DNA of 64,000 nt from Mobula birostris (taxonomy: Eukaryota): contig NC_092385.1 in NCBI RefSeq assembly GCF_030028105.1, forward strand, positions 77,142,747 through 77,206,746, read 5' to 3'. A program made the position numbers and the translations under genes. A model generated the notes under the pieces. It had not been told where the DNA came from. It searched no databases and worked only from the letters and a program-made list of their open reading frames with translations. This document shows positions 1 to 12,160 of this stretch, piece after piece (within the stretch, counting starts at the first letter, position 1; every line of letters starts with the position of its first letter).

Positions 1-132
1 GGGTGAGTTTCCAAAGAGATCACCAGCTCGTAGCCCAGCACGGATGGAAAGCGTGCAGGGGAGCCGGCTGGATTCGAACTCGGGACCTTTCGGCCCGAAG
101 TCCAGTGCTGATGCCACTACACCACCAGCCGG
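1..132 (-). mobile_element. tRNA-derived SINE, 5' head (runs off window)
   Basis: Minus strand CCGGCTGGTGGTGTAGTGG (A box)...GAGTTCGAATCC (B box), continuing into a non-tRNA body; a related fragment sits at about 28550-28640. Confidence 0.7.
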
Positions 133-489
133 GTCCTTTGGCCTATAATACAATATCAAAATTCTCTTCCATGTAGACTGCATACTTGTGGGGGCCTTAC
201 TCTTGAGAGGAAAACTTCTGTAAGAACACATCTTCCCTTATAACCTGGGATTTAATGGGAGTAAATGATTCACTTAATTGAAAACCGTGACATGGACTAT
301 TTTCTAGCAACACAACCACTCTATAAACAGAGGGTTACTGTTATTGACTGACCAAATGCATATTTTCACTTTTGTTTCAGATCTTTGACATTTGCATTTT
401 TATTCATTTAGGTAAAATTGAGCCTCATTGTATATACATCGTTTGCCTATTCCGTATGAAAAAGGTGGTACCTCAGTTATTATTGCTAC

Positions 490-585
490 TGCCTTACAGC
501 TCCAGGAACGTGGGTGTGATCCCAACCCTGGTGCTCTGTGCAGAGTTTGCATGTTCTTTCCACGACCATGTGCTTTCCTCCTTTC
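490..585 (+). mobile_element. V-SINE (HE1-like) fragment
   Basis: tctgtgcagagtttgcatgttctttccacgaccatgtgctttcctcc resembles the V-SINE core domain. Confidence 0.5.
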
Positions 586-729
586 AGTAAATTATCATTT
601 AGCCTTAGTTAATATCAAAAAGCAAAGGCAGCTGATGGTCATGTGTGAGAGAAAAAAAGCACGTTGCAGACGAAACGGGTGGGGGTGAGGGAAGGGGAAG
701 AGGTGAAGACTGTGACTAATGATTTTGTT

Positions 730-1490
730 TATTATGTAGTAGGTAAATGACACTACAGAGAGGACCAAAATAACTTAAGACATGAGGGATGAGATGTGCC
801 ATTCTAATGTTATACAAGAGGCTGTCTGGGTAGAACTTAGAAACAAATGGAGGATCACTCTAGTGAGGTTATATTATAGATCCCCCTCCAAAAGTCAGTG
901 GGTAATTAAGGAACAGGTGTGTAGAGAAACAGCTCATTGTTTTAAGAATAATATGTTTGTATTAGTGGGCGATTTTAATTTCCCCCCCAGTATTGACAGG
1001 CACTGGTCAGGGTGGAATTTGTGAAATGTATCCAGGAAGCTCTCCCAAGTCAATAAAAAGAGAACCCTTTTGAGGAGAATACAACATTGGACAACTTCTG
1101 ATGGAATGAGGCAGGGCCAGTAAATGCAGTCAGGGAGCACTTTGGCTCGTGACCATAATTCTATTAGTTTTAAGATAGTGATGGAAAAACATGGGTCAAG
1201 TCCAAGGTTAAACCTGGCCAGTTCAGGGAACCTTGGCTATTGAGAAATATCAATGCTCTGGTCAAGAAAAAGACAGGAGTACTGTATACATTAGGTTTAG
1301 GTGGTCAGGATCGAGTAAATCCCTTGATGACCATAAAAAGCTTAAGAATACACTTAAGAGGGAAATCAGGTGAGCAAATATAGAGGGTATGACATGGATC
1401 TGGCAAGTAATGCTACGGGAAATCCCAAGAGGTTCTACAGATAAATTAAGGGTGAATGGATGGCTAGGGAAGGAGTTGGCTCCCTTAGAG
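730..1490 (+). mobile_element. Decayed CR1 LINE fragment (APE endonuclease region)
   Basis: Translates to EAVWVELRNK...YYRSP...LVGDFNFP, with stops and frameshifts. Confidence 0.75.
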
Positions 1491-2176
1491 ATTAGGCAGA
1501 GATGAACACCATTTCAATAGTCAGGGTAAACATGCTGAATTAAAAAGATCTTGCAGAGTAACTGAAGAGGAAGTATGTGTTATATCTGAAACTGTCAAAA
1601 AAAAATCAATAAAATGTCATATGAAAAGTTGTTGCACAGAAGGATTTAGAAGTTTTATATACTTGCATAGATAAAAGCTTGGATAAAGTATTTTTCCTTG
1701 GTTGCACAATCTTAGATTTAGAGGGCACAATCTCTGAATGAGGACCAAGTCAAAAGAGAAATTCCTGCATTCAGAGGGTTGAGAATCTTTGGAATTATCC
1801 ACCTCAGAAGACGTGTGTACCCAACTGCTGAGTAAATGCAAGGCAGATCAGTATTTTTTTTTTGGCTTTAACAGAAAGAGATTTGGATACTGGGCAGGAA
1901 AGTGAAAGGGAATCTTACAGAATGATGTAACAGGCTGAAGCACCTAAATGCAGTATGATGTTATTATTTAAACTTTTGGCAGCTAGTGTTTCCAAAAGAA
2001 AATGTACATTTTGCTCAAACTTCAAGTTAGATAAAACTTCCCAGATTTCAAATTGTGCATTATTAGAAACTGGTTGACCATTTAACTGGGAAGCAAGAAA
2101 GATTTAAATTTCCAACCAGTGCAGTATTTAGATTACATGCCAGGTACACATGAACAAAGTTAAACAGGGCACTGAC

Positions 2177-2288
2177 CTGCTTGATTGCAATGCTGACTCG
2201 TACAGAGTTTATTGAGCCCTCAATAAGGACCTTCTCCTTCTCATTCCTGCTGATGATCAAAGGCTGCAGTAGCAGCTCTTTACTGCTC
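2177..2288 (-). CDS. ARPC4: ARPC4 coding exon 3 (Arp2/3 complex 20 kDa subunit)
   Basis: (R)[37 protein letters not shown]; ag acceptor at 2290-2289, gtcagt donor after 2177; 112 nt. Confidence 0.96.
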
Positions 2289-2905
2289 CTATTTTGAAGT
2301 AAAACGTTGTCTGTTACCATCGAGCAAGCAAAAACATCGAACTCTCCATGGATTATTTATATTCATTTTGTTTTAGAGTGTTGATGTAAAGATATTCCCA
2401 AGGATTGCATGTAGATGGTGTGATCCCAGACTTACAGCGTTCTTGAGTTTTCCAAGAAGCAATTTCAAGTCATTGTGCTAGCTTTGTATTTAAAAATGGT
2501 GCCACCTTTTTAGTTTCAATGTGATGTATCACAGTGTTCCAATAATGTGCTTAAGAACCAAGCCAAAAGAGAAATTTCTCCACATAACAACTATGACGAC
2601 TTGGACTGGTATTGAGACACCGTAATGTGCTACATTGAAACTACAAAGGCACCACCATTCCGAAGAGTAGGTACTCTGAAGTCAATATTTCAGTAAAAGA
2701 AGAATACTTCTGCAAGGATTATTGAAAATGTTATCCTGCTCATTTGCCCGTTATATAAATAAATCTCAGCCACAAAGCTTAAAGAATCAGTTTTTGGTAT
2801 TACTTAACTCTTTCATCAAGTGTCCAAAAGTAAGCTTATTCACATTTAGCTCTAAAAACAGATTGCATTGTTTTAGTGAGACAAACCAAAAACGAAATTT
2901 GTTAC

Positions 2906-3021
2906 CTCACTTCCACCTCTGGTTTATTATGCCGCTCCACCACCTGTGATGAGAAGTTTTCCAGACACAGTGCTGCTTGAAGGGTGGCGCGAACAGCATT
3001 CAGATATGGCCGAAGTGTAGC
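2906..3021 (-). CDS. ARPC4: ARPC4 coding exon 2
   Basis: [38 protein letters not shown](R); pyrimidine tract plus aag acceptor, gtaac donor; phase joins exon 3. Confidence 0.95.
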
Positions 3022-3164
3022 CTTTACAAAAGGAGAGAACACAAAAATTTAAATACTTTTGGAGGAATTTCATCTCGAAAAAGCCTGCATTCATGTTGAA
3101 AAATAGTCCTATTTTGATCTACATGTTTTAATATATTTAACTAGACAGATACATTGGTACTTAA

Positions 3165-3637
3165 ACACAAGAGATTCTGCAGGGCAACACGTACAAAATG
3201 CTGGAGGAACTCAGCAGGTCAGGCAGCATTGATGGAAAAGAATGAACAGTCGATGTTTCCGAGACCCTTCTTCAGGATTGGAAGGGAAGGGGAAAGATGC
3301 CAGAATAAAAACTTGATAGCTGAAGCCAAGTGAGTGGTAGAGGTAAGAGCTGAAAAAGGAATCTGATAAGCGAGAAGAGTGGACCATGAGAGAAAGGGAA
3401 GAAGAGGGGCACCAGGCGGAGGTGATAGGCAGGTGAGAAGAGGAAAGAGCCCAGAGTGGGGAAAGGAAAAAAATACTAGAAGGCAAAAATCAACATTCAC
3501 ACTATCCTTCTTCCCCAGTCTTCCCTGCTCATTTTTAGTCCTGATGAAGGGTCTCAAGTCGAAATGTTGACTGTTTACTCATTTCCATAGATGCTGCCTG
3601 ACCTGCTAGGTTCCTGCAACATTGTGTGCGTGTTGCA
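3165..3637. mobile_element. Penelope-like element terminal repeats, inverted pair
   Basis: aaaatgctggaggaactcagcaggtcaggcagcat... at about 3195 and its reverse complement ending about 3635; hammerhead-like core at 3536-3573. Confidence 0.75.
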
Positions 3638-3744
3638 TTAGTACTTGTTGACAGTCATTAAAGACGACATTATTGAATAGACCAGAGTGAATAAGACCTG
3701 ATGCAACAACTAATGTGGAAATTTAGATAACTAATGGAGGGAGT

Positions 3745-4190
3745 CGATTGTGGGCGGTTAACGGTAGCAACCTTCAAGAGGACCACAACTTTGTTGTGAT
3801 TTGGACGATTCCACGCCTCAATGGTCCAGACAGCTATGATGGCTGGAGTCAGGGTTTTATACTTGGGCTCTTGGTAGGGTTGTCCATGCCAAATAGGTCA
3901 AAGGGTAGAGGCCAGACTAAGTGATCCACTGGTCCTCCAGGTTTGGGGGTTCCACTCAGGGCCAACAACCCTGACTGATCCAACAAAACTGTGATGGAAA
4001 CAGCAATGAAGAATCTTTATATATCTGTGTGTGATGGTATTCCCCAGTCTTCACCCAGGACTTGCATGGTTGACAGTAGTGAAAACCAAGGGGAAGCTAC
4101 CACCACGATGAAAGAACACTGCCAGAGATGGGGGACCTTCATTGCTGGTCTAAATGGCAGCAGGAATAAGGGGCAGTAAGCAAGTAACAA
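3745..4190 (+). mobile_element. Non-autonomous RTE-derived element (RTE-type 5' UTR fused to RTE-type 3' end)
   Basis: ggaccacaactttg...ctcaatg...agctatg...gtaggg...caaataggtc...ccactgg resembles BovB/Expander 5' leaders from memory; ends in an (agta)-like tail. Confidence 0.55.
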
Positions 4191-4899
4191 ACTGACAAGC
4201 CTACCAGCAAGCTGGGTACGAATATCCAGAACACAAATTGTGCCACATAACACAGACATCACATCCTAATGATATAAAGTAACTGATGACAAACAAAGTA
4301 GTTCATGCACACAAAGGCATCCACACCGAACTTTTGAAGATATTTGGACATGATCGTCCAAGAACAACCAAGGCCCAAATCACGTTTCCCTATGACTGAA
4401 ATCCCACAAGAGCATTGGTGAACTAATTATTTTTTAAAATGGCAGCCACTTTTAATGGTGCCAAACTTATTCATATTTTTTAAAACCAAATTCAAATTTT
4501 TCAAAGTTCAATGGTAGGATTTTTGGTTATGAAATTCTAAGTACTTAGGCTAAATAACTGTACAGAAGTTATAATTGAACTTCTAATTTAAAAAAAATTA
4601 AATGAATCACAAATGAACTACATGTACAATAATTAGAACCTTATAACTGAGTATCAAACTTCAAAGTTTGCACTCCAGCCAGCTTCTCACATAGAAAACA
4701 AACTTGCTAACTAAGTTCTTTGAAAATAACGTGTAAAACCCCGATAAAGTATATGGCCTAGAAAATACGCATAAATCAATAAAATAACGTGAGATTTTAG
4801 TGACAATTTCTCATTCTCCTACAAATAAGATTAGGCCGTGCTGCACCCTTTCAGATTTAAAAAGGTGGACAACTCGAACAACCCCGAGACCTAGCCCCC

Positions 4900-6150
4900 C
4901 TATTTCATCTCCTGCCCTCCCTTTCTTCTCCGACCCTCCGACAAGCTATGGAGAAAACGGTTCTTGGTCCAGTCGGAGGGGATTCCGAGACAGGGCGCTG
5001 GGCAGCGGACAAAGAGCCTGGTAGGGGAACCTCAGCTCGACCGGCCCGAGACTCTCCGGCTTTAACGCTGGCTCAATGACAGGAAGCGCTGGGTGTGGAT
5101 CTGCTCTCGCCCTCGGGAGATGGGTGGGGTCCGTTCGCCCCGTTATCCGTGAGCAGCACCAGGCGCTGACCACCCCCCGGCTCAGGATGAATGGTGACCG
5201 TCGCTCGGCCGCGGAGACCCCGAGCTGGGAGCCGCTCAGCGCTGCCCGACCCCGGCCCCGCTTACCATCTTGTCTTCCCGGAAGGCGGAAACGGACCGGA
5301 CAGGGTCGGGTCGGGCCGGGCGCCTGCGCATGCGCACAGCCCCCAGCACAAAGTCGGGCAGTATTCGCCTTATGTGCGACGTACCATGGCTCTTACAGCA
5401 GAAAGTTATTTTCTGCATTAAGTTCTCTTTAATGATCCTGGTATTAATATGCATTGTGTTTTCTCTCACTCCCCCTGCATGGAGTGTACCATGCTTGCAT
5501 GGGAGTGGGGATGAAGGCTGTGCCGTTGCCTCGCTTTGTGCACGGTTCTGGCTTATCTTGCCCCTCTCCTTCAGTTAACACTGCTAAATAATTGTGCATT
5601 TCTCCTGCAAGCCTGCTGGTCCCGGGACCGCTGCAGGCATTTACCCCGCCGACCTGCCCGACCCCTCCCGTGCACGCGGCTTTGAGCTGGCCCGCGCCGC
5701 GCCGCGCGAGCCGGAAGGGGCCGCGCGCTCCCGCTGGGCGCTGCCATCGGGCCGGAGTGCTGGGGGGGGGGGTCGGGACGGGGAGGTACGGCTGAGCGGG
5801 CCGCCGCCGCGCTACCTGGCGGGCTTTCCTCTCGGCAGTGCTCAGTCACCGATTAGTGCTAATAAAAGCAAGCGGTAAGCGAGAATGGCGAGAGCAGGCC
5901 GGCTGCGTGTGTTGCCGCCGGATGGGCACTCCCCCATGGACAGCCGGACACATGCAGCGGCGGCACGGCTGCCGGTGCGACTGGCTCCCGGGTAAATGTA
6001 GCATTTTCGCGTTGCAACAATGTGAAGGAGCGCGGTGCCTAGTAACGACTGGCCGTTACCCTGACTACCCCTCGCAACCGATGCTTGTTGGTGCTCGCTT
6101 GTACTCCGTCCGAAAACCAGAGGTATGCTGAGCCTCCCCTCAGCCGCTGA
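4900..6150. promoter_or_regulatory. CpG island, bidirectional ARPC4/TADA3 promoter
   Basis: High GC/CpG; perfect NRF1 palindrome TGCGCATGCGCA at 5325-5336; ETS CCGGAAG at about 5278. Candidate TADA3 non-coding exon 1 donors at about 5874, 5991 and 6122 (not resolved). Confidence 0.85.
5266..5268 (-). CDS. ARPC4: ARPC4 exon 1 coding part (ATG only)
   Basis: Minus strand aagATG|gtaagc inside the CpG island; matches the ATG-only first coding exon recalled for vertebrate ARPC4. Confidence 0.85.
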
Positions 6151-6604
6151 GCGTTTGCTCGCTATTTCTGAGGGTGGAATCCAATCGTTCAAACAAGGGA
6201 CGCAGTCCTGACAATCCCAACTGACCCCAGGACTTAGAAAGGAATCATTATGTCTTAGGATTTTAGTTATCTTGGTTGCAACTTGTAACAGTTCCTTCCT
6301 GTCACAGTTATTTTGGCAACTCCGCCACTTATTTGTCGGCCAGGTGAATAATGTAGTGAAATTACATCAAGATCTGAAACTGTCTTTAAACTAGAGCTTC
6401 AAGTGGTTCTGAGCTACCTAGCTCTTCACTCTCACTTATTCTGTTAGCTGATAAGGCACAATATGTAGGTAATAGAAAGTTAGTTATTCCTATCAATAAA
6501 TCGGAAATCTAGAATGAGTATTATCTCTTGGCCACACATAACATTCATTCCATCACACTCTAGTCCATGGATAATTTTGGAGAGAAATATCTTAATTGAT
6601 CCTG

Positions 6605-6825
6605 ATATCTGCACATGAGATTCTGCAGATGCTGGACATCTTGAGAAGCACACACGAAATGTTGGACGAGCTCAGTGAATCGCCTCTGGTGGGAATAAAC
6701 AGGTGACATTTCAGGCCCAGACCCTTCTTCACAACTTCATTTCAGCCCTAAGGCATCAACTGCTTATTCCACTCTTAGATGCTGCCTGATTTGCCAAGTT
6801 CCTCCACCATTTTGTGTGTGTTGAT
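6605..6825. mobile_element. Penelope terminal repeat, inverted pair (decayed)
   Basis: attctgcagatgctgg...cacgaaatgttgg followed by inverted gatgctgcctgatttgccaagttcctccaccattttgtgtgtg. Confidence 0.65.
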
Positions 6826-6989
6826 CTTAATTATTTACTGTTTCTGCTTGCGATTGCGATTTGTTTTTTTGGCGTTACTGTGAGTACAAATGCTAAAAAC
6901 GCTTTAAAAGGTCAGGGCTACATCTGTGGAAAGAGGAGAAGGTGTTAACATTTCAAAGAGAAGAGCTTTTAGCTATCTATCAGCCCTAT

Positions 6990-7310
6990 CACGCCAGGAC
7001 CACCAGACTCAATAACAGTTTCTTTCCCCAAGCAGTAAAGTTAATCAAGCCCTCCAGGAACTAACCTACCCCTGCACACCCATCTCCAGCACGACTTTAT
7101 CATTTCTTGTCAGTCACCTTGTATGCAGGCATTCATTACAGTGCCTAGCGCCACTTTAAGGACATACTATGTATACAAGCTATCTCATGCTTTCATATTT
7201 ATTGAGTTCTTTATCTTACGTGTTTTATTTGTACTACAACAGATCCTGAGTAACAATTATATTGTCTCCTTTACACTTGTGACTGGAAATGACATTAACC
7301 ATCTTGAATC
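6990..7310 (+). mobile_element. LINE 3' end (Rex1/Babar or L2-like)
   Basis: Encodes ARTTRLNNSFFPQAVKL, followed by a 3' UTR. Confidence 0.6.
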
Positions 7311-9169
7311 TATTAACCAGTTTGACTTATCATTGTTCTATGGTGGGCAGTCACATCCTTATCCAGCCTTAATGCCGTTTTCTCTGCAGCTTAAATATTA
7401 TTTTCTGTTATCTCTTCCCCAGACTGACTGAAGGATCTGAAATAGTAACCACTTTTCTTCATACAGATGCTGCCTAACCTACTGAGTTTACCCAGCATTT
7501 TCCGTTTATATTTTAGATTTCAACCATTCGAAAATATATTTTAGTTTTCTCATTTTTATATTAGTCTGAGTTGTACGACTGTATTTCTCAGATTATATTT
7601 GATAGAAGTCCCAGATATTTAGGTATTCACCCTATGTCCTGAATACATTGTCTTTTCATCCATCTTAAATTCAGCACTCTTCCTGGCTTGGAGATTCGGC
7701 CATCGGCTGTCAGGTGAAATGAGTTGGCTGACCTAAATCCTGAATCTAATGTTAAAGGTGTACAATGACCTTAAATTTACATCAACATTGCCTTTGTTGC
7801 ACATTGGACATGAATGTACTTGGAACTAGAGCTTGATTTTAGCATTAATATTACGTAGTGCTTTGTTCTGCAATGCGCTGTGGCGTGTTTGAAACTGTGA
7901 GAATGACAGTCTATGCCTGCGATGCATGAATGCACAGTTTCCCAGTCTTTATCTTGATACATGCAAAAATTCACTGGAAAACAAAACCATGAATAACTAA
8001 AAGGCACCGAAACTCTGCAAAGAGTAATAATGGAATGTCTAGCCTACCAACTTGCAACCATTGATAGCTTGAGGTGTTAGGATCCTTGGAGCTGGCAAGT
8101 CTTGAACCAGTGAAAGAAACTGGTAAACCAGTTTAGTATATTAATTAGAGAGGGGCATACTTGCAATTGAGGCATTTCAGAGAAGGTGTCCTAGGTTGAC
8201 TGCTGGGAAGAAGCAGATGTCTAATGAAGAGCAGGCTGGAATTTAAACAAAACTGCTAGCTGCAAATTCAGAGAGAGTGCTGCTGTGGGTTTGTATTCCT
8301 TGGAGGAATATAGAGTTAGAATTGAAAGGCTTGAAATACAAGTTTGATATTTTAAGGCCAAAATGAGGAGGAAGTTTCTTCAGTCAGAGGGTTTATGACT
8401 CTCTGTGGTTTTCTACCTTGGAGGTTTGTCAATGCTGATTCATTGACGTGTTAAGAAAGGAAGCAAAGAGGGAAGTGAAGGGGTTGAGATCAGTTTAGCC
8501 TTGGTCTTGTTGAATGGAGAAGCAAACTCAGAGGCTCAAATCACCTATTCCTGCTCATGATTTATAGCTATAAAACTTCTTGAAAAATAAATGATTCTAC
8601 TGATTAAGACACAGCAGATAACGAATGAACAAACAAACTGGAATAAAACCTTGCTGATACATTGGTGCTTTTTTAGCAAAACTTCACTTAAATGGTGCAA
8701 CATTAGCAAGTTTGTGGCCCTGAATCTTCACTTCATGGATAAACGTCAAGGCTGTAGGCACTTAAAGGAATGTTAAAACCTACTGTTCGCTGAGGATCTT
8801 TCACAAAACCATTTACATTATCTGCACTATTCTTAATAGATAGATAGATAGATGGATAGATAGACATACTTTATTGATCCCGAGGGAAATTGGGTAAACC
8901 CAATTAACCCAGCTTTTCACCTGCTGCGTCACCTCTTAGTACTAATAGGCCCAGTACATGTGTAGTCAAGCCAGTGTTGCAGAGTGGATGATGCACCTCT
9001 GCTCCCTGATCACCCCACTGTCATAAAATTCCGTCTTTAACCAATCTGATGTACTTTTAATATCATGAAGACTATATGGGGCCAGATAGTAATTCTGATG
9101 GTAATCCTGGACTTGCATTCCAGAATTAGCTGTGCTTCTGTTCAAACTGCTGTAGTAGTCGTGGTACTA

Positions 9170-9895
9170 GCACTAATAGTAATAATAATAAGCACTTTAT
9201 TGATCCTGAATGGGGAATTATTTCATTACAGCAGCAACATTTAAAAACACACTTAGCAATAATAATAATAAATATTATAATAATATTAACTAAATTAAAG
9301 TACAGAATGATAATATACACAATAATATTTTACTGATGTGCAATAATAATGCATGAAATAATAAAACAGAGACTATTGTACTATGATGTGTGTTCTCCTG
9401 TCACACAGAGATGAACTGTTGTATATGCTTATTGCATTTGGTAGGAAAGGTTTTCTGTAACGACCCTTGTAACAGAGGAGCTGAATGAGTCTGTTTATTC
9501 TGCTGCTTATTCAGTGGGTCATGGAGAGGATCTGCCGGATTGTCCATAATAGATGACAGTTTGTTCAGTGACCTCCTCTCCACCACTAACTCAAGAGAGT
9601 CCAGTTTGTAGCCAAGGACAGATCCAGCCTTTTTGATGAGTTCATTTAGTCTTTTTGCATCACCAGCACTGATGCTGCTCCCCCAACATAAAGCTGCAAA
9701 GAAGACTGCACTCACAACAACAGACTGATGAAAGATCTCCAACATCCTGCTGCACACATTGAAGGATCTCAGCTTTCTAACAGTCTGCTCATCCCCTTCT
9801 TGTAAACAGCCTTGCTGTTGTTTTCCAGTCAAGTCTGTTGTCAAGATGAACACCGAAGTATTTGTACTCCTCCACCATTACAACTTCTTCTCCCA
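9170..9895 (-). mobile_element. Rex1/Babar LINE 3' fragment
   Basis: ORF 9401-9853: RKLRSFNVCSRMLEIFHQSVVVSAVFFAALCWG; (tta)n tail. Confidence 0.75.
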
Positions 9896-10854
9896 GACAT
9901 TTTCCATAAAAAGCAGAACATCCAGTTTATTAAGTTACGCCCAATCAGTCCATGCTCTATTGGCAAAATGATACTTAATTGCCACCGATGCCCAGTTTGA
10001 TTTTGACTAAAACCACTCGGCACCAAACCTCTTCCTGGCTTTGGTTCAAAACTATACCAAAGAGCTGAGTTCCGGAGGTGAAATGGGAATAACTGCCATT
10101 GGTATCAAGGCAACATTAGATTAGTAAGAAAGAATTCATTAGGAATTGAGGGGAAAACAATGGTTGACCTCATGCCTTACGCAGAAGAAGATGATTATTG
10201 TTGTTGGCAGTCAGCTGAACACGTTGCTGCAAGAATTCTTTTTGTCCTTTCATTTTGAGACAAAAATGGGGATGTCCTCTGGTTGCACTACATCCAATTC
10301 CAGTTGCAAACACTTCAGAAAATGAAGCAATCCGTACATGGCCTTCCACAAGAGCTAGGTAATATGTGATGAGTTGTTCTTGATGGTGGCAAGCTGCAAA
10401 GAGCAGTTGTGTCACTGAGGTGCCAGGCAGTGACCACAACTGACAAGAGAGAGTTTAGCCAGCTACACTTGGGAGGCCTTCAGTGACCAACCAGAGGAGC
10501 CACAGTCGGTGACTGTAAGAGCAGGTCAAGGGGTTGGGTATAATGCGGTGAGGGTCTTGTCTCCTGCCACAACAAAGCATGCCACCATATACTTACATGG
10601 GTACAAACGAGCACGATGGGATGCTCTTCACTGGCCTAGATAAGTGGAACCCCAGGATTATTCAAATAAGCTCCACATCATCAAAAATAGAAGTTGATAG
10701 CCCATCTACCATCCCACACATTCAATCCTTCCATAAGTCGCACATGGAGATTGTAATGTAAACCATCATAAAAATGCAGCAGTTACTAACCTAGGCTACT
10801 GATACTCCGACACACGTCCAAAACCTGTGACCTTTACAAGCATGGTCACATAGA

Positions 10855-11165
10855 CAGGCGGTGCAGTAGCGTAGAGGTTAGTGCAATTGCTTCACTGTGC
10901 CGGCATCACCAAACAGGCTTGGACTCTTGCCACTATCAGCAAGGGACTCGTACATTCTCCCCATGAGTGCATGATTTCCCCCAGACACTTGAGTTTCCCT
11001 TCACATTCCAAAGGCGTATGGTTAGGGTTAGTACGCGATGGGTGGCACTGATATACAGCGACGGGCATGCTGCCCCCAGCCAGCACTACCTTCGCTGATT
11101 GGATTTGATGCAAGCAAAGCATTTAACTGTGCATTTCGATATACGTGTACATATACAAAGCTAAT
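10855..11165 (+). mobile_element. V-SINE
   Basis: tRNA-like head (gtagcgtagaggttagtgc) plus V-domain ttctccccatgagtgcatg...ttcccttcacattccaaag. Confidence 0.65.
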
Positions 11166-11490
11166 CTCTGAGCACAAGTACATAGGAACACTGCAATCAG
11201 TAGGATTTTCTCTAAGCCACATGCCATCTTTCCTTGAAAATTTATTGCCAGCTTTTCATTGTTTCTGGGTTTAAATGTTGAACCTCTACATAAATGGTGT
11301 TATTAGGTTAGCTTCATCATGAAGGTGTGGATAGTTTTGAGAAGGTCTCCCACCATTACTTTTTTGAGAGGAGATATAGATGGGAGATAAATGCCACAAT
11401 TCCTGCATTCTACAAAAATTAATAAAGAGAAAAAAATTGATTCACTTTATTTTGTTTAGCAGAGTTTAGACCGAAGAGCACTGGTTCAAA

Positions 11491-11697
11491 ATGAGTGAAC
11501 TAAAAGATTGCCCGCTGCAGTTCCATGACTTCAAGCCAGTAGACCATGCGAAGATGTGTCCTCGGTATGCTGCTGTGTTATCGCGCTCGGAAGACGACGG
11601 GATTGGAATTGAGGAACTGGACACGTTGCAGTTGGAGCTGGAGACATTGCTGTCCTCGGCAAGTCGGCGACTACGCATCTTAGAGGCAGAGACGCAG
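11491..11697 (+). CDS. TADA3: TADA3 coding exon 1 (SAGA/ATAC HAT-module subunit)
   Basis: MSELKDCPLQFHDFKPVDHAKMCPRYAAVLSRSEDDGIGIEELDTLQLELETLLSSASRRLRILEAETQ|gtagga. Confidence 0.97.
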
Positions 11698-12160
11698 GTA
11701 GGAATGATGTTGTGACCTGTCCTGTGTGCTGTCAGGTCATAGATATCCAAAGCTCCCTGCACAATGTTGACATGAATATTTGATTAAATACTCTTTACAG
11801 AAGAAAAGCTAACAATACGCGTGTGGTGTATTAGTAGTTAAAGGTTCCTTAGTCTGATCTTGCATTTTATCGTTTACCTGCACTGCACTGGTTTTACACT
11901 TAATTCTGAATTGTTATTGTTTTATCTTATCCTGCTCAGTGACGATTTGACCTGTATGAACAGTACTCAAGACAAGCTTTTCACTGTATCACCGTACATC
12001 GGACAATAACAATCCAACACTAATATTCTTGGACCCAGTTTTCTCTCCTGAACCCCTGTCCTCATGTTCAGAATCTGATTTAGAATCATGTTTATTATCA
12101 CTGATATATGTTGGGAAATATGTTGTTTTGTGGCAGCAGTACAGTGCTAATCATAAAATA

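Noticed and set aside
59-132. tRNA gene on the minus strand
   Set aside because: A and B boxes are present but the anticodon stem is broken and the sequence continues into a repeat body, so it is a SINE head.
4800-6192. Many overlapping 70-120 aa ORFs
   Set aside because: Expected by-product of a GC-rich CpG island; no recognisable protein.
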